A DNA stretch of 24,030 nt from Candidatus Zixiibacteriota bacterium (lineage in GTDB: Bacteria > Zixibacteria > MSB-5A5 > WJJR01): NCBI GenBank assembly GCA_036170655.1, contig JAVHPP010000115.1, forward strand, positions 11,655 through 35,684, written 5' to 3'. Made by a program: the position numbers and the translations under genes. Below the pieces are notes generated by a model. That model saw only the letters and a list, made by a program, of their open reading frames with translations. It searched no databases and was not told the DNA's origin. Numbering within the stretch: position 1 is the stretch's first letter; the number at the start of each line of letters is the position of its first letter. Shown here piece after piece: positions 17,371-24,030 of this stretch.

Positions 17371-17462
17371 CGTTGGGGGCTGTAGGCCGACTGAGGCAGA
17401 TGCGTGGACTGTTTTGAGCCAAGGGTGGGAGCGCCTGACGGTCATTGCTGACCGGTTAGATC

Positions 17463-18446
17463 ATGATTGGACATTCATCGCCACCGGTTGGACTTTTCGG
17501 CAAGCTGCCGTCGCACCCGGACTTCGTGCGGTTGAACGCCGGCGGTCCGCTGGCTCGTTTGCTGGATGCTTGGATGCAGGAAGGGCTGCCCCTTTTGCGG
17601 TCGAGTCTTGGCAGTGGCTGGGAAACCGCGTTCGACCGGACGGTGCTGCTGTTTTTCGCCTACCGAGTGAAGAATCCCGTCGAAGCTCTCGTCGGGGTTT
17701 GTCGTCCCGGACGCGATCAGGGTGGACGTCGTTATCCTTTTTCCATTTTTGCACATGCGCATCTGGGCCGGGGCGGAGCCGGGTTCCAGGTCCTGCCGCA
17801 GGCATACGCGCTTTTTCTGAAGGCGGCACGGCGGTACGCCGTCAATGAATGCGCCGAAGGCATCGACAACCAGAAAGCCGCGCAGATCGTGAACTTGTCT
17901 TCCATCTTGCCTCAGAATTTGGTGGAACCTCAGCAGCGGTTTGACCAATATTTGGGTGACGTTACGATGGAGACCTTCTGGCGTGGAATCTACGGGGATT
18001 TCCATGACCAGCGGAAGTATTTGGTCATGAAGAACTTGTTCGCCACTCTGGCGCCGCGGCGGGGTCACGATACCTCCCGTTTTGGGTTTGCGTTGCGGCT
18101 GCCGACTGGCGGCGATGCCGATGCGGTCAGTCTACAGGTTTCAACGTGGTTCTGCCTCTGCCAGGCGACGCTCGGCGGGGACAATCTGGAACAGGTGACA
18201 CTTTTTTGGTACGAAGGTGCAACTCCGGCGGCCAGTGGATGCTATATCTTTTTTCGGGCGCCGCTGCCGGCCATGTTGCCCTCTCTCCTTTTCCCCGGGA
18301 CTGAGAATGAGATGGTGTGGAATCTGGAAGTGATGGGCGCCGACCGTGCCGATACGGCATGTCACGACTTGGGGGAGCCCCTCGCGTCTATCTTGGACTC
18401 GCCCAAAGTGACACTCAAAGAGTTTATCAAGTCGGTTCGAGCGTAA
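17463..18446 (+). CDS. tagF: T6SS-associated protein TagF
   Basis: GLFGKLPSHPDFVR..LDAWMQEGL and GVCRPGRDQGGRRYPF match the TagF/ImpM N-terminal domain; usual position after tssM. Confidence 0.9.
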   Translation: MIGHSSPPVGLFGKLPSHPDFVRLNAGGPLARLLDAWMQEGLPLLRSSLGSGWETAFDRTVLLFFAYRVKNPVEALVGVCRPGRDQGGRRYPFSIFAHAHLGRGGAGFQVLPQAYALFLKAARRYAVNECAEGIDNQKAAQIVNLSSILPQNLVEPQQRFDQYLGDVTMETFWRGIYGDFHDQRKYLVMKNLFATLAPRRGHDTSRFGFALRLPTGGDADAVSLQVSTWFCLCQATLGGDNLEQVTLFWYEGATPAASGCYIFFRAPLPAMLPSLLFPGTENEMVWNLEVMGADRADTACHDLGEPLASILDSPKVTLKEFIKSVRA

Positions 18447-18454
18447 CGAAGGAC

Positions 18455-20029
18455 ATGGCTGTGGCCGATCTGAGTCAACTGGCGACCTTGGGAAAGGATC
18501 CTGTACCGGGTGAAAACCCGGCTGGCGCAACCGTCGATCTTGATGCCATCCGCACGGAAATCCAGAAGCTGGATTCCGTGACTCAGGAACCTGTCGATTG
18601 GCGTCAGATCATCGACCAGGCAGAGGAAATCCTGCGCAGCAAGTCAAAGCATCTTCTGGTCGCCAATTACCTGACCTTGGCGCTTCTTGAAGAGCACGGT
18701 TATGCCGGTTTGGAAACCGGTCTGAATATCTGCTGTGATTTGGTGGCGACCTTTTGGGATACGATGGAGCCGCCGCTCAAGCGCAAGCGTGGGCGTATCG
18801 AGGCGTTTGTATGGCTGGCGGAGCGGGGTGGAAAGGCCAGTGAGGACCACAAGCCAAAGTCTGACGAGAAGGGGGCGCTGGAAGCGTGTGCCGCATCCTT
18901 AAAGACGCTTTCTGCGGCACTGGCCGAGAAACTGGCTGGAGACAGTCCGGGGCTCGGTGACCTGCAGCGCAATGTCAACAAGTACGTCACCGATTTCGCG
19001 GCTGCGGCACGGGCGGCAGAGGCCGCAGAAGCCGCCAAGAAAGCTCAAGCGGCAAGAGCGGCCACCGGTGAAATCGGGGATCTCAATACGATTGATGATG
19101 CCCGTAAGGCGTTGCGCAAGATCCAAGCCACCGCCAAGCAGGTCTGCGATTCCATGAGGAAGCTCGATCCCGCGGACCCGGTCGCGTATCGTTTTATTCG
19201 CTCCGCGATTTGGGGACAGATAAAAGAACTGCCCCCCAACACAAACGGGGCGACACAAATACCGGCGCCCGCGCCTGACTTGATCGCGCGTCTAAATGAT
19301 CTGCAGCAAAAGTCAGATTGGCTCAACTTGGTCCAGGTGGCGGAGGGTGCCTTTACTTCGGCAGCCCTCTGGCTTGATGTCCAGCGTTGGTCGGCGCTTT
19401 CTCTGACCGCCCTCGGGCTCAACCATGCGGCAGCGGCAGAGGCGGTCATCCAAGAGACTGGTGGTCTTGTCGCTCGCCTTCCTGGTCTAATCAATCTTAG
19501 CTTCGCTGGGGGGATCCCGTTCGTTTCAAATGAAACCAAGGTCTGGCTCAGCAGTGAAGTTCAACCCCGTGTGGGAGGCATGGAGCAGTCACATAACGCA
19601 GGTTTGGTTGCCGATGACAATGTCCCAGCGGGATTCGCTGAGGTGGTGAGCGACGCCAGACAGCTTGCGGCACGCGGAAAACTTGCCGAAGCTGTTAAGC
19701 TGTATCAGGATGGGATTGCTGCCACCGGGCAGAAACGAGGTCAATTCCTCTGGCGCTTGGGGCTGGCAAGGCTATGTCTGGATGCCGGGAAGGTGGTTCT
19801 CGCGGCGCCGCAGTTGGAAGAATTGGAAAAGGAGATTCAGCAACATGAACTGGAGGTTTGGGAGCCCCGGCTGTGCCTGGAGGTTTACACGGCCCTTTTG
19901 ACCGCCCGGCGGACGCTCCTGAAGGACACCCGTAGGGCGACCCCAGAGCTGGCCCAGAAAACCAGCCAACTCTACGACCGGCTCTGCCGTCTGAACGTTA
20001 TGGCCGCCATGTCGCTGGACGGGAAATGA
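18455..20029 (+). CDS. tssA: T6SS protein TssA (long form: ImpA_N + VasJ-like + WEP-motif C-terminal domain)
   Basis: PVPGENPAG, VDW..I...AEEIL..KSKHLLVANYL, FWDTMEP...RGR..AFVWL, AYRFIRSAIW, LWLDVQR, L.FAGGIPF...ET..WL, LEVWEPRL. The start is ATG 18455 or GTG 18461 (AAGGA RBS), not 18317, which overlaps tagF. Confidence 0.92.
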   Translation: MAVADLSQLATLGKDPVPGENPAGATVDLDAIRTEIQKLDSVTQEPVDWRQIIDQAEEILRSKSKHLLVANYLTLALLEEHGYAGLETGLNICCDLVATFWDTMEPPLKRKRGRIEAFVWLAERGGKASEDHKPKSDEKGALEACAASLKTLSAALAEKLAGDSPGLGDLQRNVNKYVTDFAAAARAAEAAEAAKKAQAARAATGEIGDLNTIDDARKALRKIQATAKQVCDSMRKLDPADPVAYRFIRSAIWGQIKELPPNTNGATQIPAPAPDLIARLNDLQQKSDWLNLVQVAEGAFTSAALWLDVQRWSALSLTALGLNHAAAAEAVIQETGGLVARLPGLINLSFAGGIPFVSNETKVWLSSEVQPRVGGMEQSHNAGLVADDNVPAGFAEVVSDARQLAARGKLAEAVKLYQDGIAATGQKRGQFLWRLGLARLCLDAGKVVLAAPQLEELEKEIQQHELEVWEPRLCLEVYTALLTARRTLLKDTRRATPELAQKTSQLYDRLCRLNVMAAMSLDGK

Positions 20030-20107
20030 AAATCATTTGCAGGACTTGTGGCAATGGCAGACGTCATTCATTATATTGGGGTTGTTAACTCTTAACCGAG
20101 GTGGTCT

Positions 20108-20602
20108 ATGGCACAAGAAGGATCAGTAGCACCGCGCGAACGGGTGAACATTGTTTACAAACCCGCCACTGGCGTAGACGAAGAAAAGGAACTTCCTCTC
20201 AAGATGGTTGTGCTCGGCGACTTTTCGCAGCGGTCGGACGACACGCCTCTCGAGGACCGTAAGCCCATCAACATCGACAAGGACAACTTCAACGATGTGC
20301 TGAAGGGGATGAAGCTCGCGGTGGAGGCGAACGTTAAGAACGTGCTCTCCGAAGAAGAGGGAGCCCAGATGCCGGTGAAGATGAAATTCGATCACATCAA
20401 TGACTTTGGACCAGAGGCCGTGGTGCGTCAGGTTCCGGAGTTGGACCGGCTTTTGCAACTGCGTACGGCTCTGATGGCTTTGAAGGGGCCACTGGGCAAT
20501 GTTCCGGGGTTCCGCAAGAAAATCACCGAAATCATGTCCAATGATGCCGCCCGCGAAAAACTGTTGAAAGAGTTGGGAGTTGGAGGCGCGCCGTCGGCCT
20601 GA
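20108..20602 (+). CDS. tssB: T6SS contractile sheath small subunit
   Basis: MAQEGSVAPRERVNIVYKPATG..ELPLKMVVLGDF..TPLEDRKPINIDKDNF..DFGPEAVVRQVPEL..LL.LR.AL..LKGPLGNVP.FR, VipA-like. Confidence 0.97.
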   Translation: MAQEGSVAPRERVNIVYKPATGVDEEKELPLKMVVLGDFSQRSDDTPLEDRKPINIDKDNFNDVLKGMKLAVEANVKNVLSEEEGAQMPVKMKFDHINDFGPEAVVRQVPELDRLLQLRTALMALKGPLGNVPGFRKKITEIMSNDAAREKLLKELGVGGAPSA

Positions 20603-20637
20603 CGGCCAGTGTCGTTGTTCCAAAAGGAGAAAACACT

Positions 20638-22119
20638 ATGGCTGACGCAAAAGAACAGAAGCAGGCCGGCACGGCGGCTGAGGCGGGAGGATCGCTCGTT
20701 GAAGAGATCCTGCTGGAAACGAAGCTGAAGCCGTCCGATGAGGGCTTTGCCATCGCCCGCGAGGGGATGCGTGAACTGATCGCTCTGCTGTCCACGCCGG
20801 AGAAGAAAGGCGAACGTGTCCAGCAGAAGCTGGTCGATGAGATGATCGTCGAGATCGACCACAAGATGAGCAAGCAGCTTGATGAGATTCTCCATAACGG
20901 GGCCTTCAAGGCGCTGGAGTCGGCGTGGCGGGGGCTGAAGCTAATGGTGGATCGCACCGATTTCCGTGAAAACATCAAGCTGGAAGTCCTGAATGTGTCC
21001 AAGGATGATCTTCTGAATGACTTCCAGGACTCCCCGGAGGTGGCCAAGTCCGGACTGTACAAGCAGATCTATTCGCGCGAGTACGGCCAGTTCGGCGGAT
21101 CCCCTGTGGGGGCCATGATCGCCAACTATGATTTCGGTCCCGGTTCACAGGATATCTCGCTGTTGCAGTACTGCGCATCCGTGGGGGCCATGTCTCACGC
21201 GCCGTTCATAGCCGCTGCTGGCCCGCAGTTTTTCGGCGAGGAGAGCTGGTTGAAGTTCCCGAATCTAAAGGATCTCAAGTCGATCATGGAAGGTCCTCAG
21301 CACACGAAGTGGCGGGCTTTCCGGGAATCAGAGGATGCGCGGTATGTGGGCCTGACCATGCCCCGCTTCCTCTTGCGGCTGCCGTACAGCAAGGCGGATA
21401 ATCCCGTCAAGACCTTCGACTATAATGAGGCGGTTTCGGACAGCCACGAAAAGTACCTCTGGGGAAACACGGCGTTCACATTCGCCACGCGTCTGACCGA
21501 CAGCTTTGCGAAGTACCGCTGGTGCGCTAACGTCATTGGTCCAAAGGGCGGGGGCGCCGTCGAGAACCTGCCCATCCACACGTTCGAGGCGATGGGAGAA
21601 ATTCAGTCGAAGATTCCGACGGAAGTGCTCATCACCGAGCGCCGGGAATTCGAGCTGGCCGAAGAGGGCTTCATCGGGCTGACGATGCGCAAGGATTCGG
21701 ACAACGCCTGTTTCTTCTCTGCGAACTCTTGCCAGAAGGCGAAGTTCTTCGGGCAGAGCGCCGAAGGAAAGGAAGCCGAGACCAATTACAAGTTGGGGAC
21801 GCAGCTTCCCTACATGTTTGTGATCTCTCGTCTGGCTCATTACATCAAGGTCCTCCAGCGCGAAAACCTCGGAAGTTGGAAGGAACGGTCGGATCTGGAA
21901 CGTGAGCTCAACAACTGGATCCGTCAGTATGTTGCGGATATGGACAATCCCCAGCCTGGCGTACGCAACCGTCGTCCCCTGCGGAAGGCGCAGATTTCCG
22001 TGGAGGACGTTCCCGGCGAGCCGGGGTGGTATAAGGTTGATATGAAGGTGCGGCCGCATTTCAAGTACATGGGTGCATTCTTCACCTTGTCGCTGGTTGG
22101 AAAGCTTGACAAGAAGTAG
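20638..22119 (+). CDS. tssC: T6SS contractile sheath large subunit
   Basis: QLDEILH..F.ALESAWRGLK, EYGQFGG.P, HAPFIAAA, EDARYVGLTMPRFLLRLPY, YLWGN, GGGAVENLP, QLPYMFVISRLAHYIKVLQRE, RPHFKYMGA; VipB-like. Confidence 0.98.
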   Translation: MADAKEQKQAGTAAEAGGSLVEEILLETKLKPSDEGFAIAREGMRELIALLSTPEKKGERVQQKLVDEMIVEIDHKMSKQLDEILHNGAFKALESAWRGLKLMVDRTDFRENIKLEVLNVSKDDLLNDFQDSPEVAKSGLYKQIYSREYGQFGGSPVGAMIANYDFGPGSQDISLLQYCASVGAMSHAPFIAAAGPQFFGEESWLKFPNLKDLKSIMEGPQHTKWRAFRESEDARYVGLTMPRFLLRLPYSKADNPVKTFDYNEAVSDSHEKYLWGNTAFTFATRLTDSFAKYRWCANVIGPKGGGAVENLPIHTFEAMGEIQSKIPTEVLITERREFELAEEGFIGLTMRKDSDNACFFSANSCQKAKFFGQSAEGKEAETNYKLGTQLPYMFVISRLAHYIKVLQRENLGSWKERSDLERELNNWIRQYVADMDNPQPGVRNRRPLRKAQISVEDVPGEPGWYKVDMKVRPHFKYMGAFFTLSLVGKLDKK

Positions 22120-22126
22120 TCTGGCT

Positions 22127-22147
22127 CGAGCGGGGCTCTCCCGCTCG
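22127..22147 (+). other. Intergenic stem-loop after tssC (no U-tract)
   Basis: CGAGCGGG-GCTCT-CCCGCTCG, 8 perfect base pairs. Confidence 0.65.
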
Positions 22148-22255
22148 GAGGTCGAATGGGGTGGATTTTGTAGGAACCGATGAATTGATGAGTTGCCGGT
22201 TATGTGACTGGCGGCTGATTGTTGGCGCAGTTCAACTACTTTCGGGAGGTACGCT

Positions 22256-22744
22256 ATGCCAATGCCATTCTACATGACGCTGGAAGGCGTCAATCAAGGG
22301 AACATCGAGGGCTCGTGCGATCAGACCGGCCGTGAGGGCACGATCCTGTGCCAGGCGTTTGAGCACAATATCGCCATTCCCCGCGACCCGCAGAGCGGTC
22401 AGCCAACCGGGTTGCGGGTGCACAACCCGCTGACCATCACCAAGGTCTACGACAAGGCGTCACCGAAGCTGTACAAGGCTTTGTGCGAAGGCGAGCGGAT
22501 GAAGAGTGTCAACCTCAAGTGGTACCGTATCGATCCAGCGGGAGCCGAGGAGCATTACTTCACTGTGGCGCTCGAAGATGCGATTGTGGTCGGCGTACAT
22601 CCGAACACGCCCAACTGCCTTGATCCGCAGTTCGCCAGCTACGGGCACATGGAGGATGTGTCGTTCACTTATCGTAAGATCATGTGGACGTGGGAGCCCG
22701 ACGGTGTCGCGGCGGAAGACGACTGGCGCGTGCGCCGGACGTAG
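22256..22744 (+). CDS. hcp: T6SS tube protein Hcp (TssD)
   Basis: MPMPFYMTLEG..QG.IEGS, PRDPQSGQPTGLRVHNPLTITK..DKASPKLY.AL..GE, LKWYRI, YFTV.LEDA, EDVSFTYRKI.W, DDWR; GGAGGT RBS. Confidence 0.97.
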   Translation: MPMPFYMTLEGVNQGNIEGSCDQTGREGTILCQAFEHNIAIPRDPQSGQPTGLRVHNPLTITKVYDKASPKLYKALCEGERMKSVNLKWYRIDPAGAEEHYFTVALEDAIVVGVHPNTPNCLDPQFASYGHMEDVSFTYRKIMWTWEPDGVAAEDDWRVRRT

Positions 22745-22769
22745 TTCGCGTGACTCGCACTGATGGTTT

Positions 22770-22859
22770 GCCGGTGGCTCCGACCTTGTGCGGGGCCGCT
22801 GGCTGATCCACGCAGTCGGGGGCATTCCTGTACCTATGTGTGGGATGTCCTTGTTTTGT
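22770..22859 (+). terminator. Two stem-loops after hcp; the second resembles a weak intrinsic terminator
   Basis: GCCGGTGGCTCCG/CGGGGCCGCTGGC (22770-22803, 13 bp with 3 G-U) and GGGGCATTCC/GGGATGTCCT (22819-22851) followed by TGTTTTGT. Confidence 0.45.
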
Positions 22860-22886
22860 GCACACGCGGTGTTGTGAGAAGATGTC

Positions 22887-23303
22887 TTGGTCAGCGAGCG
22901 CACCCTGTTTGAACGTTTGGCGGACCCTGATCCGGCGGGCGGACGTCGTTCAGCTCTCGACGTCGGGCGTCTGAAGCGATCGGTTATTCAGCATCTGAGG
23001 AATATGCTGAACAGTCGGCATGGCTGCGCCACCGCCCAGCCCGACTATGGAATCCCGGATCTCAACGAGTTCATGTTCAGCTTTCCCGAATCGATCTCGC
23101 CGATGCGCCAGGCAATCCAGACGTCCATCGAGAAGTATGAACCCCGTCTCAAGAATGTGAAGGCGATCTGGGCGCCGGACGAAGATGATCCACTCAATAT
23201 CCGCTTTGAGATCACGGCGCGCCTGGTGACCGAGGATCGGGATGTTCCCATCTCCTTTAGAACCGGTGTGGGGTCCGTGGGCGGGCTGACCATCGAAGGC
23301 TGA
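22887..23303 (+). CDS. tssE: T6SS baseplate subunit TssE (gp25-like)
   Basis: TLFERL, SVIQHLRNMLNSRHG, DYGIPDL, IEKYEPRL..V, F.I.A.L; TTG start is uncertain. Confidence 0.93.
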   Translation: MVSERTLFERLADPDPAGGRRSALDVGRLKRSVIQHLRNMLNSRHGCATAQPDYGIPDLNEFMFSFPESISPMRQAIQTSIEKYEPRLKNVKAIWAPDEDDPLNIRFEITARLVTEDRDVPISFRTGVGSVGGLTIEG

Positions 23304-23317
23304 TTGGCAAACGGGTC

Positions 23318-24030
23318 ATGTTCAACAAGTACTACCAGGACGAGTTGACCTACCTGCGCCAATTGGGGCAGGAATTCGCGCGTGCCTATCCGCAAGTTGG
23401 CCACATGCTGGCGGAGAGCGGGACGGATCCGGATGTCGAGCGCCTGCTAGAGGGATTCGCCTTTCTCACCGGCCGAATCCGCCAGCGTCTGGACAGCGAA
23501 CTGCCCGAACTGACTCATGCGTTCGTTGGACTCATGTGGCCGCATTATCTGCGGCCGGTGCCGTCGATGTCTATCGTCCAATTTCTTCCCGCCGCCACCC
23601 TGCAGGATGTCCAGGCCATCCCGCAAGGCGCCGAGATTGACTCGACACCGGTCGATGGGACACGCTGCCGTTTCCGCACCACGTCCGATGTCCTGATGTA
23701 TCCCTTCACGCTGGAGGGGACGGCGCTGGATGTCCCACTTTCGAAACCGGCGACTTTGAGCCTGTCTTTTGTGGTTTCGGAGAAGGCCAACCTCAGCAAA
23801 CTGAATTTCGGCTCGCTTCGCCTTTTTCTGCACGGAGAAGCCGCCGCGTCATACGGCCTGTATCTCTGGCTTTGTCGGCACACGCACGCGGTTGCTTTCC
23901 ATGCGGGTGACAAGCAGATCCGGATTGATCATTCGACTGTGCGACCGGCCGGTTTTGACGACAGCGATGCGCTCCTGCCGTATCCGGCGAACTCCTTTCC
24001 GGGGTATCGTCTGTTGCAGGAGTATTTCAC
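23318..24030 (+). CDS. tssF: T6SS baseplate subunit TssF (3'-partial)
   Basis: Absent from the ORF track because it has no stop in the window. Manual translation from ATG 23318: MFNKYYQDELTYLRQLGQEFARAYP...DPDVERLLEGFAFLTGRIRQRLDSELPELTH..LMWPHYLRPVPSMSIVQF...CRFRT...LLPYPANSFPGYRLLQEYF. Confidence 0.96.
   Translation, partial: MFNKYYQDELTYLRQLGQEFARAYPQVGHMLAESGTDPDVERLLEGFAFLTGRIRQRLDSELPELTHAFVGLMWPHYLRPVPSMSIVQFLPAATLQDVQAIPQGAEIDSTPVDGTRCRFRTTSDVLMYPFTLEGTALDVPLSKPATLSLSFVVSEKANLSKLNFGSLRLFLHGEAAASYGLYLWLCRHTHAVAFHAGDKQIRIDHSTVRPAGFDDSDALLPYPANSFPGYRLLQEYF

Noticed and set aside
18317..18454. ORF-track N-terminal extension of tssA
   Set aside because: It overlaps tagF by 130 nt with non-homologous sequence; an RBS and start codons exist at 18449-18463.
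21328..22059. 243-aa minus-strand ORF and the other antisense or alternate-frame ORFs within T6SS genes
   Set aside because: They overlap highly conserved + strand genes and show no protein-family motifs.

Overview
GC-rich bacterial DNA; every credible gene is on the + strand. (1) 1-5516: two tandem, partly paralogous surface proteins ending in FlgD-Ig/T9SS-type C-terminal sorting domains (the first is cut by the window edge), an intrinsic terminator, and a secreted DUF4412-like protein. (2) 5665-8067: a membrane-anchored protein with one degenerate and one near-canonical FHA domain, followed by a PP2C Ser/Thr phosphatase. (3) 8127-10294: tRNA-Arg(ACG) directly followed by its editing enzyme gene tadA, a 4-TM protein, a lipoprotein and tRNA-Ser(CGA). 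(4) 10446 to the end: a type VI secretion (T6SS-i) cluster in the order TagH-C-terminal-domain-only gene, tssJ, tssK, tssL, tssM, tagF, tssA, tssB, tssC, hcp, tssE and partial tssF. The surface proteins suggest an FCB-group host (Zixibacteria-like; inference), which makes a Vibrio-like T6SS-i notable. The most novel-looking element is an apparently split Fha/TagH phospho-switch: the FHA reader and the TagH-C domain are on separate genes, a phosphatase is adjacent, and each protein has a candidate phospho-Thr motif. No integrase, IS, CRISPR array or rRNA was seen.
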